64,000 nt of DNA. It comes from a virus (taxonomy: Duplodnaviria; Caudoviricetes). Below are positions 43,771 to 51,696 of this stretch, in pieces. A model generated the notes under the pieces. The model was not told the origin of the DNA, ran no database searches, and saw only the letters and a list, made by a program, of their open reading frames with translations. Position 1 is the first letter of the stretch. Each line of letters opens with the position of its first letter. The DNA lies in the IMG/VR virus record IMGVR_UViG_3300049988_000286, positions 256,001 through 320,000 of that record; one strand, given 5' to 3'. A program made the translations under genes and the position numbers.

Positions 43771-44358
43771 ATGGAACCGAGCATTGCTGCACTGAATGTC
43801 TCCCCCTCGATCGCGGACGCGTGGCTCGCGGAATTATCGGCTCCGCACCGCTTCTACCACAATGAGCGGCATATTCGCGCCATCGTGGCTAATTACGATC
43901 GTCTCTTCGGTGGTGGCAACCCGATCATCTACGCCACCGCGTGGCTTCATGACATCCGTTACGATGCGCAGCGCGCCGACAATGAGGAACAGTCTGCGGC
44001 AGTCGCCGAGCGCGATCTCGACGGGACTGGGATCGACATCCCCGCCGTCACCGCTCTGATCCTCGACACCAAGTTGCATCGTGGCGGCACACCACTCTCG
44101 AATATCTTCAACGATCTCGACCTCGCGATCCTCTCCGAGCCGTGGGAGGTCTATCTCGAATATGCGAGGGGGATCAGGAACGAGTATCGCTTCGCCCCGC
44201 TTGAGCAATATGCAGAGAGGCGGGCTGCTGTCATGCAGGGATTCAACCGACATCAGCTTTACCGCACCACTGCCTTCATGGCTCGTGAAGCGCGTGGCCA
44301 CGACAATCTGCAACGTGAGATCGACCTCCTTCTCTCCAATCCGGCGATGATCGATTGA
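43771..44358 (+). CDS. HD-superfamily metal-dependent phosphohydrolase (COG4339-like)
   Basis: RFYHNERH, WLHDIRYD..RADNEEQSA, DLDLAIL, IRNEY; TTGCGA-17-TATCTT ends 6 nt before the ATG. Confidence 0.8.
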   Translation: MEPSIAALNVSPSIADAWLAELSAPHRFYHNERHIRAIVANYDRLFGGGNPIIYATAWLHDIRYDAQRADNEEQSAAVAERDLDGTGIDIPAVTALILDTKLHRGGTPLSNIFNDLDLAILSEPWEVYLEYARGIRNEYRFAPLEQYAERRAAVMQGFNRHQLYRTTAFMAREARGHDNLQREIDLLLSNPAMID

Positions 44359-44397
44359 CATTCTCGTAGTTCGTCTGTATCTAGGATGCAGGAGACT

Positions 44398-44952
44398 ATG
44401 ATGGACAAGCAGCTTATCACCGAGAGCATTGCGCGCGTCGTTGCCGCATCGCCGCGTTTCGCCGCCCTCGACGGCATCGAGGTCCGTTTCGTGGACAATC
44501 TCGATCCCTACTCCCCGCTTCGGCTGCGCGAGGATTCGTTCGTGCTCGAAGTCGCTGATGACATGAGCGAGGACTATCGCGCGGAGACGCTCGATTACCT
44601 CGTCGCCATCATGGCGGTTCGTCACGACGAGATCGGCCAGCGCGGCGATCGTGACCAGCGTATCTGGAACATGGCGGGCTGCATCCGCGCCGCCGCCGTG
44701 GTGGGTGCCGAGAACATCGGCGATCCCCTCGCGTCGTCCTTCTACCTCGACGGTCTCGACCCCGCGAAGTCGGTCGCGGAGGTGTACGACGACCTCCTGA
44801 TCGGTATGGTCGGCGGAGAGATCATGGTCAACATCGTTGGCATCGGTGAGTATGGCATTGCCCTTGATGCCATCCCGGTGGAGAGTGACGACATCCACTC
44901 CACCGAGCAACTTGCCGCTGATCGAGCGCGGATTGCGGCGGAGCGCGCATGA
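44398..44952 (+). CDS. Hypothetical protein, weakly resembling vWA/MoxR-associated peptidase-like N-domains
   Basis: RHDEIGQRGDRDQRIWNMAG; lacks an intact HExxH. Confidence 0.5.
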   Translation: MMDKQLITESIARVVAASPRFAALDGIEVRFVDNLDPYSPLRLREDSFVLEVADDMSEDYRAETLDYLVAIMAVRHDEIGQRGDRDQRIWNMAGCIRAAAVVGAENIGDPLASSFYLDGLDPAKSVAEVYDDLLIGMVGGEIMVNIVGIGEYGIALDAIPVESDDIHSTEQLAADRARIAAERA

Positions 44953-45410
44953 GTTTCGAACTCCTCGCTCCTTACCGAATTGTTGGCGTCGATGTAGATG
45001 ACACGTTGCTCGATAATGGGCGACCAGCCGATTACGCGCGCTTCTGGGAGTTTATCGAGACCAATCCCTATGATCAGGTCTTCCACATCATCACCTTCCG
45101 TTCAGGCGGCTGGGAGAAAATGGTGTGGAGCGATCTGCGCTTCTCGGGCTCGACGCTGACGGAGGATCACTTCGCGTCAGTGCAAAGCGTTCCCCACAGC
45201 GTGTGGGCGCTATCGCAGGGTAGTGCGCCGCGTATCATCACATCGATGTCGCAACTCGACGAAGACCCCTACATGCTCTGGAAGGGCAAGGTTTGCGCTG
45301 AACTCGGCTGCGAGGTGCTCATCGACGATATGACCGAGCACGTCATCCGTGGCTGTGATCAGTATGGGGTGAAGCACATCCACCCCGACGAGCTATTTGG
45401 TCAGGGATAG
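44949..45410 (+). CDS. HAD-superfamily phosphatase/nucleotidase
   Basis: VGVDVDDTL (motif I), ITFR (motif II), K...VLIDD (motifs III/IV). Confidence 0.7.
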   Translation: MSFELLAPYRIVGVDVDDTLLDNGRPADYARFWEFIETNPYDQVFHIITFRSGGWEKMVWSDLRFSGSTLTEDHFASVQSVPHSVWALSQGSAPRIITSMSQLDEDPYMLWKGKVCAELGCEVLIDDMTEHVIRGCDQYGVKHIHPDELFGQG

Positions 45411-45662
45411 TCGAACAAGGGTGCGGTCGGTTTCGTCGCGGAACATCGCGACAAAGTAGCCGTCCTTTATCTTGCTCGACCACGCCCCAGCTATCGCTTG
45501 TGGGCCGCATATCTCCTGCGTGCGCTGGATGATTTCACGTTCCTCATCCTGAAGGTAGCACTGTATCCAGAAGGGATAGGGTGAACCTTTTTCGCCATGC
45601 TGGGCGGGATCGAGAAGGCGGATGGCCATGATTGTTGATAACTGATCTTGCGTCAGAGTCAA
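45393..45662 (-). CDS. Small protein of the dispersed F-x-x-x-x-D-A-x-L family
   Basis: MFRDETDRTLVRL. Confidence 0.55.
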   Translation of the reverse strand: MTLTQDQLSTIMAIRLLDPAQHGEKGSPYPFWIQCYLQDEEREIIQRTQEICGPQAIAGAWSSKIKDGYFVAMFRDETDRTLVRLSLTK

Positions 45663-45673
45663 CTAAATAGTCG

Positions 45674-47080
45674 ATGCAAGACCTGATGGAATATGAGTTC
45701 ACGCATCGCACGACGCTGATGCGCGATGTTGCCAAGTATGTCGGTCAGGGCCTCTTTATTCATTTCGGCACTACACCGAAGTTGGGCATCAATCCGACAG
45801 CGACGCACGGTGATCCCGCTGGGGTCTACTTCTATCCCTTGGACTGGCTGGTCGCACAAGGCAAGTTCCTTGAAGGCAACCAATATGCGGTAGATCGTCC
45901 CTTTTGGACAATCGTGCGCCTCACTGCCACCAACGGAGTGGTCTTCTCGAAGCTGAACGAATTCGAGTTGGAGAACATCGCGGCTCGACAGAATTGGCCC
46001 GACTGGGCCGCGTTCAAAGCCTCGCACAGTGTGTCTGGAAAGCCCGAAGGATGGGCGTCGCTGTTCTGGATGAATGTGACCCGCCTCAATCGCAGCCTTT
46101 CTCCCAACCGGGCGCTTCGCGGTATCCCCTACATCTACGATGATGGCTTTGGTATTATCCACGGTGGCGAGCGCGCGCAGCTTCTCGTCATTGATCCCCG
46201 CGCTATGCAGGTTGTCGCGACGGGCAAACAGTCGAGCGGTAACAACAAGCTGATGAATGACCACGAGCACAGCTTCGTGCAGATGCTCAAGCGCTTTCGT
46301 GGTGAGTTCGGTGGCACACTGTTCTGGAAGCGCAAACTCCCCACATTGTCGTTCGACCATCGCGGCGCACACTTCGACTTCACATGGTTCGCCAGCAGCT
46401 TCGCGGCCTACCTCAAGATCGATGCCCGTTGGGGTCGTGCCACCAAGCAGATCACCATGACGGAGTATAATTTCTCCCAGAAGCCGATGGCGGAGACGGA
46501 GCAGTTCTTCCGAGACTTCATCGAGCGCATCGCGACTCTTGCCGCGAAGAAGCGTGACCTGTTCTTCACTCCCATTCTCACAGAGCAGCAGTGCCGAGAT
46601 GGTCTCGCAAAGGTGATCGATCCCTCGATGTTCGAGATCGTCACCGAGATTGACAATGAACGTCATGAGATGACAGTTACTGCTACCCGCAAAGTAGTCG
46701 AGGACAAGCTAGAACTCACCACCATGGTCTATGTCATTAATGGTGATGAGACTTTTGGTAAAAAGGGGTCTGGAACAGTCAAGTGGTATGCTAGTGTTAA
46801 ATCACAGCCATACACCCTCACTGCTGCTCGTAATTGGGAGGTCGAGCAACTTCCGCTCGGTATCGAGACAGCCTTTCAAGAAACCATCACCAACGTTGCC
46901 AAAGATAGTGACGGCTCGCCCAAGTTCTATTATGAAGAAGATCACCGCGCTTTTGTGGGCTTCGTCGCCAAGGAGTCGGGCATCCGCTCTCTGGCGGAGG
47001 ACCACGCCGACGAGATCGCCGCTTATGAGGCTTACCCACAGAAGGCGAGGCTCTACCGCGAAATCAAACGCGTTTTCTGA
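45674..47080 (+). CDS. Late protein, probable internal head protein
   Basis: TAAATA 45664-45669 lies 4 nt before the ATG; leader MQDLME; FIHF...KLGINP...PAGVYFYP N-domain. Confidence 0.7.
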   Translation: MQDLMEYEFTHRTTLMRDVAKYVGQGLFIHFGTTPKLGINPTATHGDPAGVYFYPLDWLVAQGKFLEGNQYAVDRPFWTIVRLTATNGVVFSKLNEFELENIAARQNWPDWAAFKASHSVSGKPEGWASLFWMNVTRLNRSLSPNRALRGIPYIYDDGFGIIHGGERAQLLVIDPRAMQVVATGKQSSGNNKLMNDHEHSFVQMLKRFRGEFGGTLFWKRKLPTLSFDHRGAHFDFTWFASSFAAYLKIDARWGRATKQITMTEYNFSQKPMAETEQFFRDFIERIATLAAKKRDLFFTPILTEQQCRDGLAKVIDPSMFEIVTEIDNERHEMTVTATRKVVEDKLELTTMVYVINGDETFGKKGSGTVKWYASVKSQPYTLTAARNWEVEQLPLGIETAFQETITNVAKDSDGSPKFYYEEDHRAFVGFVAKESGIRSLAEDHADEIAAYEAYPQKARLYREIKRVF

Positions 47081-47088
47081 AAGGATTC

Positions 47089-48150
47089 ATGAAGTCTAAC
47101 ATCTATATTTCGCGCAAGGTTCTCAACAAGCAGGACATTATTGACTACGCCACGGATTGTGGTTTCACATCGATGATGCCCGCCGATAGTCTCCACGTAA
47201 CTGTCGTCTATTGTAAGCGCGAAGTTGACTGGAACATCGTTGATCGTGACCAGCCCGAAATGCTCATCATCGAGAGTGCCGAGGACGAGAGCGAGCGGTC
47301 GATCCACAACTTTGACGGTGGGGCTTGCGTCCTAGAGATTACCTGCCCGGAATTACAGGAACGCAACGATGCGCTCCGGGAGCAGGGCATCCATTCCAAG
47401 TTCCCCGATTATCGTGCGCACATCACCCTCACGTACAAGAAACCGAAGAAGATGTCGGTCAAGAAGATCAAGCCCTACATGGGTGCGATCGTGCTCGGAC
47501 CGGAGATCATCGCGCCCGCGAGTTCTGGATGGCAAGAGGAATACAAGGAGGTCAAGCTGATGAAAAGAGAAGTGATCAAAGAGGCTCGTCTCGACGATCT
47601 TGACATCGATGCCACCTATGAGGTTTTTCGTTCCAGCTATGAATCCACGACTGGGCAGTCATGGACTCGCGAGAAGTTTGAAGATCGCGCCCGCAACTGG
47701 ACTTTCTACGGGGACGCGACAGGTTTCGTGGCCTTCCGCGAACAGGCCAGTGGGATGCGTAAACTCGTCGGTGTCGCCGGGGATACCAGCGGCGTCGTCA
47801 TCGGCCTGAAACAACTCGTTGATGAGGGTAAGCCGACATGGGGTGCAGTGAGCGAGAAGATCGCCCGCGCGGCCAAGCGCTTCGGTTTCATCGCCCCCCA
47901 CACCTACCTCGGTGGGGCGCTGGTGATGCGGCTGATCATGAAAGCCATTCCGGCGAGTGTCTTTGGTGGGGTGAAGCCGGAAGTCAATGGCAAGGGTGGC
48001 GTCACCCTCTCGTATGAGGATTTGGGCGAGCAGACGAAGTTTTTCATCGCGAACAAGGCCTACTTCGGTGAACTACTCAACAATCCCTCGTTCTCCGAGC
48101 ATGTCCAGAACCCGGTCGTGAAGAAATTTATCGAGGCGGTTTTGAAATAA
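47089..48150 (+). CDS. 2H phosphoesterase (T4 57B/Acb1-like) fused to an unknown C-terminal domain
   Basis: SLHVTVVY and YRAHITLTY (two HxT motifs), VLEI...ELQER, IVLGPE; a second ~185-aa domain follows. Confidence 0.7.
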   Translation: MKSNIYISRKVLNKQDIIDYATDCGFTSMMPADSLHVTVVYCKREVDWNIVDRDQPEMLIIESAEDESERSIHNFDGGACVLEITCPELQERNDALREQGIHSKFPDYRAHITLTYKKPKKMSVKKIKPYMGAIVLGPEIIAPASSGWQEEYKEVKLMKREVIKEARLDDLDIDATYEVFRSSYESTTGQSWTREKFEDRARNWTFYGDATGFVAFREQASGMRKLVGVAGDTSGVVIGLKQLVDEGKPTWGAVSEKIARAAKRFGFIAPHTYLGGALVMRLIMKAIPASVFGGVKPEVNGKGGVTLSYEDLGEQTKFFIANKAYFGELLNNPSFSEHVQNPVVKKFIEAVLK

Positions 48151-48184
48151 TGCAGCGCTGGGATGGCGCTGATACCATCCCGGC

Positions 48185-49066
48185 ATGATTATCGATTCAT
48201 TGATCTCGAAGAACCTCATCCACCCACCGAAGTGGATGCCCGCCAATACTCACTTTCTCACGATGATGGGCAGTCACGCCTATGGCGTCGCGAGCGAAGG
48301 GTCGGACATGGACATCTACGGGTTCTGCATCCCTCCCAAGGATATGGTGTTCCCACACCTCGCCGGGGAGATCGAGGGCTTTGGAACACAGAAGAAGCGG
48401 TTCGAACAGTGGACGGAAGCCCACATCCACGATGGACCCAAGGAGTACGACTTCTCCGTCTATGGCATCGTCAAGTTCTTCCGGCTCTGTATGGAGAACA
48501 ACCCCAATATGACAGATGCCCTCTTCGTGCCTCGTCGTTGCATCATCCACTCGACCAAGGTTGCCGAGCACGTCAGGGACAATCGCCGCATCTTCCTCCA
48601 CAAAGGATCGTTCCACAAGTTTCGCGGCTACGCCTTCTCCCAGATGGCGAAGATCAAGACGAAGAAGCATGAGGGTAATGCCGAGCGTAGTGCCGATCAG
48701 GAGAAGTTCGGCTACTCGACCAAATATGCCTACCACCTCGTGCGCCTTGCACTCGAAGCAGAGCAGATTCTTGTTGAGCACGATCTCGTTCTCGACAACA
48801 ACACCGCGATCCTCCGCAGCATCCGCAACGGCGAGTGGACCCTCGACGATATCGAGAACTGGTTCAAGGTCAAGGAAGCGGCGTTGGAGACCCTCTACTC
48901 CACTTCCACACTACGAAGCCACCCCGACGAAGCGGCAATCAAGAACCTCCTCTTGGAGTGCTTGGAGATGCATTGGGGGACGCTCAATGATGCGGTGAAG
49001 GTTGAGCGTCCCGCCGACCTGATCCTGCGCGAGATGCAGTCAGTGATCGATCGTTACAAAGGATAA
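48185..49066 (+). CDS. Nucleotidyltransferase, Pol-beta superfamily (PF10127-like)
   Basis: MGSHAYG...SDMDIYG (GS...DxD), NNPNMTDALF, KYAYHLVRL. Confidence 0.85.
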   Translation: MIIDSLISKNLIHPPKWMPANTHFLTMMGSHAYGVASEGSDMDIYGFCIPPKDMVFPHLAGEIEGFGTQKKRFEQWTEAHIHDGPKEYDFSVYGIVKFFRLCMENNPNMTDALFVPRRCIIHSTKVAEHVRDNRRIFLHKGSFHKFRGYAFSQMAKIKTKKHEGNAERSADQEKFGYSTKYAYHLVRLALEAEQILVEHDLVLDNNTAILRSIRNGEWTLDDIENWFKVKEAALETLYSTSTLRSHPDEAAIKNLLLECLEMHWGTLNDAVKVERPADLILREMQSVIDRYKG

Positions 49067-49072
49067 AGGAAT

Positions 49073-49285
49073 ATGCCCGAGTATGCAGAATATCAAGACG
49101 CCATCCAGTGTATCAGAGCCAAGGCCGCATTGGTTCTGGGAAGCCAAGATCGGGCAGAGGAATGGATGGATCATACCAGTGCTACGCTGGGTGGGAAGCC
49201 GCGTGATCTCGCGCACACCCCGGATGGGACGATCGCTGTCCTCCTCCATCTGGCGGCGATTTCGCGGCATTCGTTGAGCGACTAA
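49073..49285 (+). CDS. Orphan Xre/MbcA/ParS antitoxin C-terminal domain (DUF2384-like)
   Basis: VLGSQDRAEEWMDHTSATLGGKPRDLAHTPDGTIAVLLHL matches FG....A..W....ALGG.P.DL..T..G...V..L. Confidence 0.7.
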   Translation: MPEYAEYQDAIQCIRAKAALVLGSQDRAEEWMDHTSATLGGKPRDLAHTPDGTIAVLLHLAAISRHSLSD

Positions 49286-49455
49286 CCCTCGCCGCCACCG
49301 CCCATATCACCACCATCGGATGGTTCGCCGGGAGCGGGATCGGGAATGCCTCCGCGTCCGCTCCCCCAGCCGTACCAGCCGCCCACGTAGTAGCGTGGAC
49401 CAGCGCGGCGGCGCTTTCGCTTCTTGCGTTCAGTGATGATCTCGGTGATGCGCAT
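49282..49455 (-). CDS. Small late basic/Gly-rich protein (57 aa, not in the ORF track)
   Basis: MRITEIITERKKRKRRRAGPRYYVGGWYGWGSGRGGIPDPAPGEPSDGGDMGGGGEG; TAAATA (49465-49460) lies 4 nt before the ATG. Confidence 0.75.
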   Translation of the reverse strand: MRITEIITERKKRKRRRAGPRYYVGGWYGWGSGRGGIPDPAPGEPSDGGDMGGGGEG

Positions 49456-49505
49456 CGGATATTTAGCCGTGGCGGCTCCATGGCCTCGGAGGGGTAAATA
49501 CCCCT

Positions 49506-49757
49506 ATGGGGATCATCGATCAAATTTTCGCACTAAAGGCACTCGGAGGACTGGGGTTGTTGATCCCACTGCTCTGGGGCTATCGCGTCATCATGCTCTA
49601 TTGCAAGGAGACTCGGGAAAATTACCGGGATCGCCTGACCGCGACGGTGCTGGAATTGGAGGAACAGAAAACGATCAACATCAGGCTGGAGCTTCGCATC
49701 CAGACGATGGAGTTCCTCCAATCGATGCGTGAAGGCAAAGCAAATCAGCCAATCTAA
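49506..49757 (+). CDS. Late single-TM coiled-coil protein (possible lysis accessory)
   Basis: TM ALGGLGLLIPLLWGY; AGGGGT-AAAT-ACCCCT late hairpin promoter 5 nt before the ATG. Confidence 0.6.
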   Translation: MGIIDQIFALKALGGLGLLIPLLWGYRVIMLYCKETRENYRDRLTATVLELEEQKTINIRLELRIQTMEFLQSMREGKANQPI

Positions 49758-49813
49758 TTGCGGCGGATATAGCTGTGATTGAAAAAGGGCAGCGCATCGC
49801 GGCGCTGCCCCAT

Positions 49814-49981
49814 TCAAGCGATCAACTCAAGCACGTCCCAAGACCACCACAAGCGGTCCTGATCAAGCGCTTGCTGCTCATCGCAGTAGCGGCGTGCTTC
49901 TTCTTCGGAAGCCTTGTAGCCCTTGAGTTCGTCGCAGTCAGAGCACGACTTGAGGCCACGGATAATCACATATACAGTCAT
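49814..49981 (-). CDS. Small hypothetical protein
   Basis: MTVYVIIRG...; SD GGAG; TTGACA-N8-TAATCGTTTAT promoter at 50054-50030. Confidence 0.6.
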   Translation of the reverse strand: MTVYVIIRGLKSCSDCDELKGYKASEEEARRYCDEQQALDQDRLWWSWDVLELIA

Positions 49982-50050
49982 ATTCAATCTCCCAATAAAC
50001 ACACCGGAACATCGGGAGATGAGCGCCTTATAAACGATTACCCGTTACTG

Positions 50051-50611
50051 TCAAGCGTATAGTTCCATGATGGCGCGCTCACCATCTGGATTCAGTTCAC
50101 GGCTGCCGATCCCAGCGTAGACCCCCGTGGGGCGCGGCGGAGCAATGATGGGACACCAAGCCCCCTTCCACTGATACCATTGCTGTGAGTTCTGATCAAA
50201 GACGTAGCAGCGACCATCGGGATGCATGTCTGTGAACATCTGCGTCGCCCACGCTGTGCCGCCTTTGACGAGACCGTTCTTGTCCAAGGCGGAGATCGCG
50301 TAACAGGAATCGCTCCACGCCACCTGATAATAGTTGCGGCGCAGAAGGCTGGCGACAAAGTTGTTCGCGACAGGCCAGCGGCGTTTGAGCGTTAGATTCG
50401 CGTGTTCGAGATAGGGGTCGGCAACAAGGAGTTGATCCGGCGCGAGCACGACGATCTGTGATGCCGAAGCCTTGGAACGATGACCCCGGAACGTCCAGTG
50501 GACGACCGAGTGCCCATAGGCGGCGGCGGAAGTGCCCCAAGCCAGATCAGCGCCATCAGCGCCTCCGCTCAAGCAGACATCTTCGGTATCGAGGGCTGGA
50601 ATGACTTGCAT
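50051..50611 (-). CDS. SLOG-superfamily (DprA/YspA-like) protein
   Basis: CLSGGADGAD..W, GGTAWA, YAGIGSR. Confidence 0.6.
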   Translation of the reverse strand: MQVIPALDTEDVCLSGGADGADLAWGTSAAAYGHSVVHWTFRGHRSKASASQIVVLAPDQLLVADPYLEHANLTLKRRWPVANNFVASLLRRNYYQVAWSDSCYAISALDKNGLVKGGTAWATQMFTDMHPDGRCYVFDQNSQQWYQWKGAWCPIIAPPRPTGVYAGIGSRELNPDGERAIMELYA

Positions 50612-50659
50612 CCGAGGATATAATCAGGTAGGCGGTGGGGCGTCAATATTGGAATCACG

Positions 50660-51115
50660 ATGTATTACGTTCGTCGCATCCGTCAGTTGCCACTCTCCAA
50701 GGTGCTCGCGGATGGCTTCCGTATCGAGGCGAGTTGGAAGCGTGGCCGACGATTGTCTATCATGTTCCACGACGAAACGGTATGGTCGGTGCGCCTTGAC
50801 CAAGATCGCGATGGTTTCATACCTGTTTATCTCCACCATGTCTTTCGCCTATGCTGCGATTACCTCAACACGCCGCGAGCCGAATTGCTCGAATTTCGAT
50901 CGCCAAAACAGTGGAACGGCGCGTGCTCGGTGCTGGCAACCATCTTACCGCTGATCGATCGCCGAGTGGGCAAGTTTCAACTCTCCTCCTTGCTTTTCGC
51001 CACCGATGATCCGATCGTGCGGCGCATTGTAGCCCTACGGTTTAGGAAGTCGTTATGCTCCCCAATTTCATCACCCTCACCGGCATCGATAACCGAACCG
51101 ACTTGCGCCGCGTAG
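50660..51115 (+). CDS. Hypothetical protein
   Basis: 151-aa ORF divergent from the SLOG gene. Confidence 0.5.
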   Translation: MYYVRRIRQLPLSKVLADGFRIEASWKRGRRLSIMFHDETVWSVRLDQDRDGFIPVYLHHVFRLCCDYLNTPRAELLEFRSPKQWNGACSVLATILPLIDRRVGKFQLSSLLFATDDPIVRRIVALRFRKSLCSPISSPSPASITEPTCAA

Positions 51116-51696
51116 CCGATCTCTCGGCTGCCTTCCATGTCGAATTCGGCATCCTGTTCTCGCGAAATCGGCAAGGGCTGGACAATCGCTACCCCGATGA
51201 GACAACGATCGCGGAAGCATTGTCGGTCGCGGGTGTCGATTACGCGGCCCATTTGTGCGGTAAACATGCCCATGAAGTCATGGACGGAGTGTTCGATCGC
51301 GATAGCCTCCCTCTCGATCCTTTCCGCCGCATTCAGGTCAACCACGTTGCGCCCGATTGTCAGCGCCTTCGCGACTTTGCTCGTGATCAGGTAGTCATCG
51401 CGCAATGGCGAGACGAGAACGCCTTTCCGACGACGGATGAAGGAGTATCTTGGCTCTATGATCCCAGTGGCGGTCGCGGCGTAGCGCCAACACGGTGGCC
51501 GATCAATCAGTCGCCCCGTATAGTCGGCTACGCGGGCGGGATCACGCCGGAGAATTGCCGGTCTGTTCTTGATCAGGTTGGAGAGTTGTCCCAGCAGGGC
51601 TTCTGGCTAGATATGGAGAGCGGAGTCCGCACTGATGATTGGCTCGATCTCGACAAATGCACATCAGTGCTCGAACAAGTCGGTAGGCGTCGGTGA
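51055..51696 (+). CDS. TIM-barrel, phosphoribosylanthranilate isomerase-like protein
   Basis: ITLTGID, VEFGILFS, AHLCG, RIQVN, LYDPSGGRG, GYAGGITPEN, WLDMESGVR. Confidence 0.65.
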   Translation: MLPNFITLTGIDNRTDLRRVADLSAAFHVEFGILFSRNRQGLDNRYPDETTIAEALSVAGVDYAAHLCGKHAHEVMDGVFDRDSLPLDPFRRIQVNHVAPDCQRLRDFARDQVVIAQWRDENAFPTTDEGVSWLYDPSGGRGVAPTRWPINQSPRIVGYAGGITPENCRSVLDQVGELSQQGFWLDMESGVRTDDWLDLDKCTSVLEQVGRRR

